Of a stretch of 64,000 nt of DNA, positions 28,163-36,441 are shown piece by piece; positions within the stretch are counted from its first letter, which is position 1, and every line of letters begins with the position of its first letter. The position numbers and the translations under genes are program-made. The DNA lies in the NCBI GenBank assembly GCA_963752285.1, contig CAVVXN010000005.1:1856001-1920000 (forward strand), written 5' to 3'. This DNA comes from an uncultured Planctomycetota bacterium (GTDB lineage Bacteria > Planctomycetota > PLA2 > JAEUHO01). The notes beneath the pieces were generated by a model, which had not been told where the DNA came from, ran no database searches, and saw only the letters and a list, made by a program, of their open reading frames with translations.

Positions 28163-31100
28163 TCAGCGCCCCGCGTGGAGCACGTTGTAGCGCTTCGGGT
28201 CGCCGCTGAAGCTGAACTGCCGAGGTGTGCCGGCGCCGGCGCCGGTGAACTCGCTCGCGTAGATGTGCTTCGACTTCTCGTCGCTCGCGTCGCCGAAGCC
28301 GTAGAAGAGCTTCGTGCCCGTCGTGTCGTGCGTGATCGAGCACGAGACCCGGCCGAAGCTGCCCGTGACGTCCGCCGTGACCGTCTTGCCCAGCACGGCG
28401 CCGGTGGTGGGATCCGTCTGGATCCCGTACACGTGCCCGATCTGCTCGTGGCCGCAGTTGATGGGGTAGTAGTAGTAGGTGGACGAGAACGGCGCGTACA
28501 CGAAGGCCACCGAAGAGCCGTCGTCCGTCGCCTCGAGGTACTTGACCGTACGGTACGTGGTCGAGGTGTAGTTGTTGCTCACGAGCGTCTCGGGCAGCGC
28601 CGTGAGGAGCTCCGGGTCGCCGCCGACGTTCGAGTCGAAGTAGCCCACCTGCCCGGCGAACGCCATGTCGTCGCCATGGTACGTGGACTCGATCGGACCG
28701 CCGTAGTACGAGCTGGTGCCCGCCGGCGTCGGCCCGAAGACCTGGTAGTGCGAGCCCCAGAAGACCCGACCGCTCTTCGTCATCACCGTGTTCGAGCCAT
28801 ACTGCCCGGCCGGTCCGTAGTAGCGGTAGTAGATGCCGTACATCATGTACATGTACGACGAGCTGTAGCCGTAGGTCGGGACGAAGCTCCGCCGGAGCGG
28901 CCAGTTCGTGCCGCCGAGGGCGAAGGCGTACCCGTCCGAGTGGCCGTTGATCGACTGCGAGGCGTCGAGGCTCCTCACGTTGATCCCGACGATCCGCGTG
29001 TCCTCCTGCAGGGAGCTGCTGAGCGCCCCGCGGGTCACGATGTAGTAGAAGTCGCGGTTCGGCGACATGAACCCGCCGACCGGCTTGACGGTGCCGATGT
29101 TCCTGGCGAGCGAGAAGGAGCCGTTCGAGAACGACGGGCTCACCTGGCTCGTGTCCGTCGGGTAGACGGTGCCCTGGTCGTCCGACATCCCGCCCTCGTC
29201 GTAGTCGAGGAGGTGCGTGACGGTCTCGTCACTGAAGCTCCACGCGTAGAGGCTCCCGGCGTAGCTGTGGCTGCTGTAGTAGTAGGAAGAGCTCGCCACC
29301 GAGGGCCCGAGGCTGGACGCCCCGCCCCAGAAGATGAGCCCGTCGCCGTCGGCCGTGAAGACGAGGCCGCCGAAGGACCAGAGGATGTTGTTCGTGAAGA
29401 TCGGGGTGGAGGCGCTCTCCGTACCCGTCACCTGGCTCTCGGTCGCTCCGCTGCTCCAGTCCGCGCCGTTCGCGCTGTACGCGATCACGTCCTCGCGGGC
29501 GTACCCGAACTCGTAGTTCGCGGAGTACGACAGGTATCCGTTGTACCGCTCGACCACGACGGCGACCTTGAGGCCGTCGTCGGAGATCTCGGCCTGCGTC
29601 GCGGGGCCGGACCGCTGGCCGTACCAGTACGAATACGACGTGTTCGGACCCGACGTGAGCTGCGTACCCCGCGACGCGCCCCACGGAATACGTCGAGCGG
29701 TCGTGCTGAGTCGCTCGAGACCGGGCCCGCCCGGGTCGTCGACCCACACGTGCCGGGCGTACGTCACGGTGTAGTCGCCGGACAGGCTCGTGGTCGGCCC
29801 GGCGATGATCGCGATCTTGTCGCCATTCGCGTTCACGCGGAAGGGCATGGGGGCCGCGGACCCCTCGTGCCCGGCGTACCCGTCGCTGTAGAGGGTCACG
29901 TCCGCGTACATGTACCCGTACGTGCCGCTCTGGTAGCCGTAGGAGCAGGAGTACAGGCGTTGCATCGGGAGCTGCAGCGGGTTCCCGTACGTGTTCGTCC
30001 AGTTCGGATCGGAGCTCGCGAGGAGAGAGCCGGCGAGGCCGCCACCCTCGACGTCGTACCGGTAGACCCACTCGTACCGCCAGCCGTAGTACTCGCTGAA
30101 CGTGTAACCGTAGCAGCCGCACACGTAGTACAGGTGGTCGTTCGTGAGCGCGAGGCTCGAGGCGAAGAGCTTCTCGCCCGAGCTCGAGTAGTAGTAGTAG
30201 CCGCCGTCGGCGCCCGTCTGGATGATGGTGTACGTCTTGTCGCCCCAGGCCGCGATGCGCTCGCCGGTCAACGTGAAGATCACGATGCGACTCTGGTTCG
30301 CCGACTCCATGTTGTAGAGGTACGGGACCGACTGCTCGTGGCTGAGCTTCATGGCGGCGAAGCGCCCGTCCGGGCTCACCGTCATCTGCGGGATCTTGAA
30401 GAGGGTGGACGACGGCGTCGTCGAGTACGGGTACCCCCAGTTGTCGCCGAAGGAGTAGTAGCCCGTCGAGCTCTTGTCGAACACGATCGGCACGTAGATC
30501 TTCGACTCCGGACGGACGATGAACACGCCGATGTAGCTCGACGAGTCGAACGCGTAGAGCTGGCCGCCGCTCGTGTAGACGCCGAGATCTCGGTCCTCGG
30601 TCACGCCAGGCGTCGTGCACTGGGGAAGCTCCACCGCCGTGGTGGAGGGGTTGGCCCCGTACGCGGAGACGTAGCTGCCGCTGTGGTAGTCGTACGCGTA
30701 GTTGTAGCCCCGGTAGCCGTAGGCCTTGTTCGCGTCACCGTGCGTGAATCCCTTCGCGCCCTTCGGATTCATGTTGAAGCTGTCGTTCCACCATCCCGTG
30801 GGGTTGATGGATACGCGGAGGATGTCGATCCCCTCGAGCACGTCCTTCAGCGTCTTGTTGCTCCCGGCGGTGCTCGGGAGCGCGAGCTGGTTCGCGCCGG
30901 TCCCCACCATGTCCTTCGTGTCGTCCAGACGCCGCACGACGGCGCCGGACGTGAAGGGGAGGAAGATCTTGACGTCGAGGTCCGGGTCGTTGAGCCCCGT
31001 GCTCGTGGCGGAGGTCGAGTTCGCCAGCGTGAACGAAGTCGTGGACTCGGTGATGACGACCGTGTCCGGTCCTACCGAGGTCCGGATGACCTCGGTCGAG

Positions 31101-32710
31101 ACGCCCGCGAGCGACGTCGGGAGCGCCGCGTCGGTCGCCGAGACGGCGAACGCCTGGTACCCCTGCGTGGCGAGCTGGTCGGACTCGCCCGACACGACCC
31201 GGAGCACGCCCGTGGAGAGGAACTCGACGTGCGGGATCGGCGAGGCCCCGGCGTCGGGGTTCTGCCAGTCGATCGACCAGCCGTAGGCGCCGGCACTCTC
31301 CCCGACGACGGGGTCGGCGTCGATCTGGCTCGCGTGCGGGTGATCGCTCAGTCCGTCCTGCGGGACCCCGCCGCTCGCCAGGAGCTGCAGGCCGGGGACG
31401 CCCCCGTCGGGGTTGTAGACCTGTCCCTGCTCGAAGTCCGAGATCCGGGCGTACGGGGCGGTCGGGCTGAAGGCGCCCTCGATCGTGTAGGACGGGTCCT
31501 GCGTGAACGACGGCGCCTGCGCCATCGTGAACTGGAAGGTCTTCCAGGCGTGCTGGCCAAAGGAGTTCGGAACCAGCGCCGAGGTAACGTGGTAGTTGAT
31601 CGCGAATGTCCCGCGCCGGCGCGGGACGCCGGTGATCGCGCCCGTGTCCTCGATCAGGTAGAGGCCCTCGGGAGGCGCGCCCTGGTTCGTCACCGCGTAG
31701 TCGGGGCCGAGCGCCGAGGGCGCGGGATAGACGTACGCGTCGATCTTGTTGAGCGCAGCGGGCGGGTTGACGGTCGGCGGCCCATCCGGATTGTAGAGGA
31801 CGTCCGCCGCGGGGTTCGTCGGGTTCGGGTTGACGTCGGAGGTGTACCCGGCGGCGGGCGCCACCTCGACGAGCTCGTGGTTGAAGGGCGGGACGCCCTC
31901 CGCGACCGCGAACGAGTCGCTGTACTGCTGGCCGCACACGCCGTCGGCGAGCGTCTCGGAGGCGACGATGATCGGCGGGGTGTCGATCTTCCAGTACACC
32001 GTGAAGTAGCCCTTGCTCCCCACCGAGTCCGTCAGCTCGAAGGTCAGGAGGAAGGGGGCGCCGCCGGGCTTCACCTCGACCGGCGCGCCGACGAGGTTCG
32101 GCGACTCCGACGCGATCACGATGCCGAGGGGGAGGTTCCCGTCGTCCACGCCGGGGGCGTCGTAGAGCTTCATCGTGTAGGGGCCGAATCCGCCGGCGAC
32201 CACGAACTGGAGAGAGGTCGTCTCGTTGTAGACCGTGGTCGGGAGCGCCGGGTAGTCGGGGTTGAACGACGTGCCGCCGGGCGGGACGAGCGCGGGGTTG
32301 CCGTCACGCAGGACGTCCACGACGGCGACCTGGCCCACGCCGACGTTCCACGAGAAGCTCGCCTGCGTCGCCGAGAACGGGTTGCAGCCCGTGTCGTCGA
32401 TCTGCAGGGTGAAGTCGTACTGGCCGTCGGCGAGGATGGTCCCGCGGATGCTGTGGGTCTCGTCGTCGAGATGGAGGCCCGGCGGCAGCTCGCCCTGGAT
32501 GAGCTTCATCACGTAGGGACCGCCGCACCCGCCCGAGAGCTCCACCAGGTAGTTCACGACCTGGCCGGAGACGGCCGGGGGCAGCGAGGTGCTGTCCACG
32601 AGAACGGGATTGCTCGGGGTGCGAAGTCCCTGCCCTCCCCCACCGCAGGCCGGCAGGGTGAGCGCGAGGGTTCCGGCGACCAGCAGCGCGACGAACCTGA
32701 CTCTCGACAT
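28163..32710 (-). CDS. Giant lipoprotein (1515 aa) with about four putative Ig (He_PIG-like) domains and a Tyr/Ser-rich propeller-like C-terminus
   Basis: Lipobox LPAC-GGGG. Ig motifs GGCGGPY...LPPGLHL...FTLQIDD and GGFGPY...LPLGI. PD40-like motifs VSPDGRF, ISDDGLK, FTADGDG, MSPNRDF and ATDDGSS. Confidence 0.88.
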   Translation of the reverse strand: MSRVRFVALLVAGTLALTLPACGGGGQGLRTPSNPVLVDSTSLPPAVSGQVVNYLVELSGGCGGPYVMKLIQGELPPGLHLDDETHSIRGTILADGQYDFTLQIDDTGCNPFSATQASFSWNVGVGQVAVVDVLRDGNPALVPPGGTSFNPDYPALPTTVYNETTSLQFVVAGGFGPYTMKLYDAPGVDDGNLPLGIVIASESPNLVGAPVEVKPGGAPFLLTFELTDSVGSKGYFTVYWKIDTPPIIVASETLADGVCGQQYSDSFAVAEGVPPFNHELVEVAPAAGYTSDVNPNPTNPAADVLYNPDGPPTVNPPAALNKIDAYVYPAPSALGPDYAVTNQGAPPEGLYLIEDTGAITGVPRRRGTFAINYHVTSALVPNSFGQHAWKTFQFTMAQAPSFTQDPSYTIEGAFSPTAPYARISDFEQGQVYNPDGGVPGLQLLASGGVPQDGLSDHPHASQIDADPVVGESAGAYGWSIDWQNPDAGASPIPHVEFLSTGVLRVVSGESDQLATQGYQAFAVSATDAALPTSLAGVSTEVIRTSVGPDTVVITESTTSFTLANSTSATSTGLNDPDLDVKIFLPFTSGAVVRRLDDTKDMVGTGANQLALPSTAGSNKTLKDVLEGIDILRVSINPTGWWNDSFNMNPKGAKGFTHGDANKAYGYRGYNYAYDYHSGSYVSAYGANPSTTAVELPQCTTPGVTEDRDLGVYTSGGQLYAFDSSSYIGVFIVRPESKIYVPIVFDKSSTGYYSFGDNWGYPYSTTPSSTLFKIPQMTVSPDGRFAAMKLSHEQSVPYLYNMESANQSRIVIFTLTGERIAAWGDKTYTIIQTGADGGYYYYSSSGEKLFASSLALTNDHLYYVCGCYGYTFSEYYGWRYEWVYRYDVEGGGLAGSLLASSDPNWTNTYGNPLQLPMQRLYSCSYGYQSGTYGYMYADVTLYSDGYAGHEGSAAPMPFRVNANGDKIAIIAGPTTSLSGDYTVTYARHVWVDDPGGPGLERLSTTARRIPWGASRGTQLTSGPNTSYSYWYGQRSGPATQAEISDDGLKVAVVVERYNGYLSYSANYEFGYAREDVIAYSANGADWSSGATESQVTGTESASTPIFTNNILWSFGGLVFTADGDGLIFWGGASSLGPSVASSSYYYSSHSYAGSLYAWSFSDETVTHLLDYDEGGMSDDQGTVYPTDTSQVSPSFSNGSFSLARNIGTVKPVGGFMSPNRDFYYIVTRGALSSSLQEDTRIVGINVRSLDASQSINGHSDGYAFALGGTNWPLRRSFVPTYGYSSSYMYMMYGIYYRYYGPAGQYGSNTVMTKSGRVFWGSHYQVFGPTPAGTSSYYGGPIESTYHGDDMAFAGQVGYFDSNVGGDPELLTALPETLVSNNYTSTTYRTVKYLEATDDGSSVAFVYAPFSSTYYYYPINCGHEQIGHVYGIQTDPTTGAVLGKTVTADVTGSFGRVSCSITHDTTGTKLFYGFGDASDEKSKHIYASEFTGAGAGTPRQFSFSGDPKRYNVLHAGR

Positions 32711-32822
32711 GGGCTCTCCGACTCCGAAAGCGACCCGGATGGGGGCGCCCGGGGACTGGGTTTCCTGCTCGCGAGCCGGGCGGGTCCGGTGGCCAGGCGC
32801 TCCCGTCTCAGCCCGCGCACCT

Positions 32823-32838
32823 TGCAACGTGCGGGCCA
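32823..32838 (-). promoter_or_regulatory. Putative sigma54 promoter TGGCCCGCACGTTGCA
   Basis: One mismatch to TGGCACG-N4-TTGCW, 112 nt upstream of ATG 32710 in a long intergenic region. Confidence 0.7.
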
Positions 32839-33300
32839 CCTGAGGCGGTATCGCGGTATCCACCGTAGCTCCCTCACCTGCGAGCGCCCGAGGCGGCCGG
32901 CGCTTGAACCCGCCATCTTGGCTGGTTTCATGGCCATGGCCTCTCAGGACCTGCTTCGATCGGGGCCCATCGTGCCAGACCTGAGAACGGTTCGCAACCA
33001 GGTTTCCAGGTGCGTGGACCCGCCAAACGGCGAGCGATCTCGCACTTCGGGTCGGGAATCGTGCGAGTGCGCACGGACTCGGCTCCCGGGGCGCCGGCCG
33101 GGCGAAGCGTCCGCGGGTGGTCCCCGGAGGGCCGATCGCGGCCCGCCCTCCCGCCCGTCGCGCGTCCCGCGGGTGACGGGGTCGGGGACGTGAGGCCGCG
33201 ACCCCCCGCGCCCGCCGCCGTGGCGGGTGGCGCATGCGGCTCGGCCCCGCGTCCGCGCGCGCGGCGACCCTGGGCGGCTCTGGCCCGACCGGGTCGTCGC

Positions 33301-34836
33301 TCAGAGCGACGCGAGGGAGCGCGCGGCGGTCTCCGCCCACGCGTAGAACGGGCCCATGAAGATCCCCATGCCCAGCATGGCGATGATCCCGATCGCGAGG
33401 ACGACGCGCGCCCAGGGGGCGACGGGGACGCCCACGTCCTCGAGCATCGGCTCCGGCGGCTTCACGAACAGCTCCCGGATCCAGAGCAGGTAGAAGTAGA
33501 ACGACACCGCGACCCCGAGCGCGCCCACCACGGCGAGCGCCACGAGGTGCTTCTCCATCACGCTGGAGAGGATCAGGAACTTCCCGAAGAACCCCGACAG
33601 GGGAGGGACGCCGGCGAGCGAGAGGAGCGCGATCGTCATCGCGACGGCGAGGAAGGGCGAGCGCTTCCAGAGACCCCGGTATGCCCACGCCTCGTGCCGC
33701 CCGCCCGAGGACGCCGAGACGAGCACGATCACGGTGAAGGCCGTGAGGTTCGTGAAGAAGAAGGCGAGCAGGTAGAAGAGGATCGCAGTCGCCCCGTCCG
33801 TACCCTCCGACTTGCCGGCGGCCGCCAGCGCCGCGACCCCCATGAGGAGGTAGCCGGCGTGCCCGATCGACGAGTACCCGAAGAGGCGCTTCGCCGATCG
33901 CTGCGGGATCGCCCCCAGGATCCCGAATAGGAGGGTCACGACGGAGACGACGCCGAGCAGCCAGATCCACAGCGGGCCGCTCGGTCCCCCCGCCGCGGGG
34001 AGGAAGACCGCCTGCGCGATACGAAGCAGGAGGAACATCCCGGCGGCCTTCGATCCCGTCGAGAGGAACGCGGTGACGGGGCTCGGCGCGCCCTGGTAGA
34101 CGTCCGGGATCCAGATTTGGAAGGGGACCGCGCCCACCTTGAAGAAGATGCCCACGACCACGAGGACCAGACCCATCCCGAGCAGTGTCGGCTGGGCGCT
34201 CGCGCGCACGGCGTCGGCGATGGCTCCGAACGAGACCTCGCCCACCGCCCCGTAGACGAGCGAGATGCCGAAGAGGAGCACGGCCGAGGAGACGGCGCCG
34301 ATGAGCAGGTACTTCAGGCCGGCTTCGGTGGACCTGGGATCGTTTCGCTTGAAGGCGACGAGCACGTACGAGTTGATCGTGACGAGCTCGAGGCAGATGA
34401 AGAGCGTCAGCAGGTCGGTCACGCCCGTGACGAGCATCACGCCGAGTACGGCGAACAGCAGCAGGGCGTAGAACTCGCCGTGGCCGCGGTCGAGGCGGCG
34501 CGAGTACGGGATCGAGAGGAGAACCACGAGGAGCGCGCCGACCGTGGCCAGGGCGCGGCCGAAGAGCGAGAAGGCGTCCGACCGCCACGCCGTGAGGATC
34601 TGGCCCGCATGGTCCGCCCCGGGCGCCGCCACGAGGCGCAGCGCCGTCCCCTCGGGCCGGACCGCCAGCAGCCACACGGCGGCGGCGCCCAGGCCCAGCG
34701 CCGCGAGGAGCCCGGTTGCCCGGCTCCGCCGGTCGGGCGGGAGGAGGATCTCCGCGAGGAGCACGCCCAGCGCGGTCCCGGCGACGATCGCCTCCGGCAG
34801 GAGGAGGGAGAGATTCAGCTCGAGCGACGTGCCCAC
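33301..34836 (-). CDS. nuoN: NADH-quinone oxidoreductase subunit N
   Basis: Motifs EAGLKY, FKVGAVPFQIWIPDVYQGAP, YSSIGHAGY and SLAGVPPLSGFFGK. Confidence 0.96.
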   Translation of the reverse strand: MGTSLELNLSLLLPEAIVAGTALGVLLAEILLPPDRRSRATGLLAALGLGAAAVWLLAVRPEGTALRLVAAPGADHAGQILTAWRSDAFSLFGRALATVGALLVVLLSIPYSRRLDRGHGEFYALLLFAVLGVMLVTGVTDLLTLFICLELVTINSYVLVAFKRNDPRSTEAGLKYLLIGAVSSAVLLFGISLVYGAVGEVSFGAIADAVRASAQPTLLGMGLVLVVVGIFFKVGAVPFQIWIPDVYQGAPSPVTAFLSTGSKAAGMFLLLRIAQAVFLPAAGGPSGPLWIWLLGVVSVVTLLFGILGAIPQRSAKRLFGYSSIGHAGYLLMGVAALAAAGKSEGTDGATAILFYLLAFFFTNLTAFTVIVLVSASSGGRHEAWAYRGLWKRSPFLAVAMTIALLSLAGVPPLSGFFGKFLILSSVMEKHLVALAVVGALGVAVSFYFYLLWIRELFVKPPEPMLEDVGVPVAPWARVVLAIGIIAMLGMGIFMGPFYAWAETAARSLASL

Positions 34837-34838
34837 GG

Positions 34839-36428
34839 CTACCTCCCCTCGCCGGCCCGCGGGGCCGGAGCTTCCGGCGCCGCCCGCGGTCGCGCCGCGC
34901 GTTCCCGAGCCCCGTCGAGGCGCTCGACGAGCGGTTCCACGCCCTGGTGGACCACGTCGAGCATCGGCTGCGGCCAGAACCCGAAGAGCAGGAGCACGAC
35001 GATCAGCACCGCGTAGGGCGCGCGCTGGATGCCGCCCCGGGCGTCCTTCAGGCCCTTCCAGCGCTCGGGCATGTCGCCGTACCAGACGTTCTTCACGGCC
35101 CGGAGCAGGTAGACGCCGGTGATGACCAGGCCCCAGACCGCCAGGACGGCGGGCACCCAGGCCCAGGACATGCCGCCCCACGCCGCGGACCAGGCACCGA
35201 AGATCACCAGCGACTCGCTGATGAAGTTCGCGAAGCCGGGCAGTCCGACGGACGCCATCGCGGCGATCACGAAGCACGTCCCCGCGAACGGCATCACGCG
35301 CATCAGCCCGCCGAGGTCGTCCACCCAGCGCGTGTGCGTCTGGTCGTAGAACCACCCGATCAGCGCGAAGGTGAGGGCCGTCATGAGGCCGTGCGCGAAC
35401 ATGAGGAACACGGCGCCTTCCCACCCCATCACCGTCATCGACGCCACGCCGAGGAGCACGTAGCCCATGTGGCTCGAGGACGAGTAGCCCACCATGAGCT
35501 TCAGGTCCTTCTGCCAGACGGCCACGAGCCCGCCGTAGATGATGTTGAAGCAGCAGAGCACCCCCACGTAGGGGAGGTAGTGGACCGCGGCGTCGGGGAA
35601 GAACGAGCACGCGATGCGGAGGATCGAGTACGCCCCGAGCTTCATCAGGACGCCGGCGTGCAGCATCGACACGGCGGCCGGGGCCGCCGCGTGGCCCGCG
35701 GGGCTCCACGAGTGGAACGGCCACATCGGCACGAGGGTCGCGAACCCGATGAAGACCACGGGGAACCACAGGTACTGGAAGGCCGACGAGAACGCCCCGG
35801 CCCGCGAGAGCCGCTCGAGCTCCACGATGTCGAACGAGTGCGTATGCACGTACACGGCGATCAGGCCCACCAGCGAGATCACGGCGCCCGTGCTGAGCAG
35901 GAGCACCAGCTTCATCGTCGCGTAGTGGCGGTCCACGGTCGCCGTGGTGCTGCCCCAGATCCCGATGAGGAGGAACATCGGCACCACGGCCATCTCGTAG
36001 AAGAAGTAGTAGAAGAACAGGTCGAGCGCGGAGAACACGCCGAACACGCCCGTGACGAGCGCGAGGAGGTTGATGTAGTACTCCTTCACGCGCTCCTCGA
36101 TCGTGAAGGAGACCATGACACCCGTGAAGATCGTGATGGCCGTGAGCAGGAGCAGAGCGACGTTCATGCCGTCCGCGCCCAGCTTGAACTGCAGGCCGAT
36201 CGACGGGACCCAGGGGAGGGCCACCACGAACTTGTAGCCGTGGTCCCCCACCGTCTCCGACGTGGGCGTCGAGGGGAACGCGAGGAAGAGCCAGATCGCG
36301 GCGGCCAACGACACGGAGGTCCCGAGCCAGGCGACGAGGCGAACGAGGCGCTTGTTCCGCCCCGGGACGAGGAAGAGCACCCCGGCCGTGACAGCGGGCG
36401 CCAGGAGGATGACCACGAGGGGGTTCAC
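34839..36428 (-). CDS. nuoM: NADH-quinone oxidoreductase subunit M
   Basis: Motifs PMWPFHSW, AGVLMKLGAY, YSSSSHMG and ASVGLPGFANFISE. Confidence 0.96.
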   Translation of the reverse strand: MNPLVVILLAPAVTAGVLFLVPGRNKRLVRLVAWLGTSVSLAAAIWLFLAFPSTPTSETVGDHGYKFVVALPWVPSIGLQFKLGADGMNVALLLLTAITIFTGVMVSFTIEERVKEYYINLLALVTGVFGVFSALDLFFYYFFYEMAVVPMFLLIGIWGSTTATVDRHYATMKLVLLLSTGAVISLVGLIAVYVHTHSFDIVELERLSRAGAFSSAFQYLWFPVVFIGFATLVPMWPFHSWSPAGHAAAPAAVSMLHAGVLMKLGAYSILRIACSFFPDAAVHYLPYVGVLCCFNIIYGGLVAVWQKDLKLMVGYSSSSHMGYVLLGVASMTVMGWEGAVFLMFAHGLMTALTFALIGWFYDQTHTRWVDDLGGLMRVMPFAGTCFVIAAMASVGLPGFANFISESLVIFGAWSAAWGGMSWAWVPAVLAVWGLVITGVYLLRAVKNVWYGDMPERWKGLKDARGGIQRAPYAVLIVVLLLFGFWPQPMLDVVHQGVEPLVERLDGARERAARPRAAPEAPAPRAGEGR

Positions 36429-36441
36429 GAGTCCGTCCTCC

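Noticed and set aside
28163..32710. Lower GC suggesting a horizontally acquired island
   Set aside because: Third codon positions remain strongly G/C. The shift is explained by the Tyr/Asn/Ser/Phe-rich protein composition.
25809..32919. 11-bp direct repeat CCCGCCATCTT at 25809 and 32909 flanking larA to the Ig lipoprotein, considered as att sites
   Set aside because: It is short enough to arise by chance, and there is no integrase, tRNA or other sign of mobility.
27734..33193. 1819-aa plus-strand ORF, and similar long ORFs such as 55701-58751, 2873-6373 and 9492-12965
   Set aside because: These are antisense or off-frame shadows of real genes. They are Arg/Pro/Ala-rich, lack motifs and are expected at this GC content and codon bias.
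32711..34675. N-terminal extension making the Ig lipoprotein 2170 aa, as in the ORF track
   Set aside because: The extension overlaps nuoN out of frame. The signal peptide and lipobox define the start at 32710.
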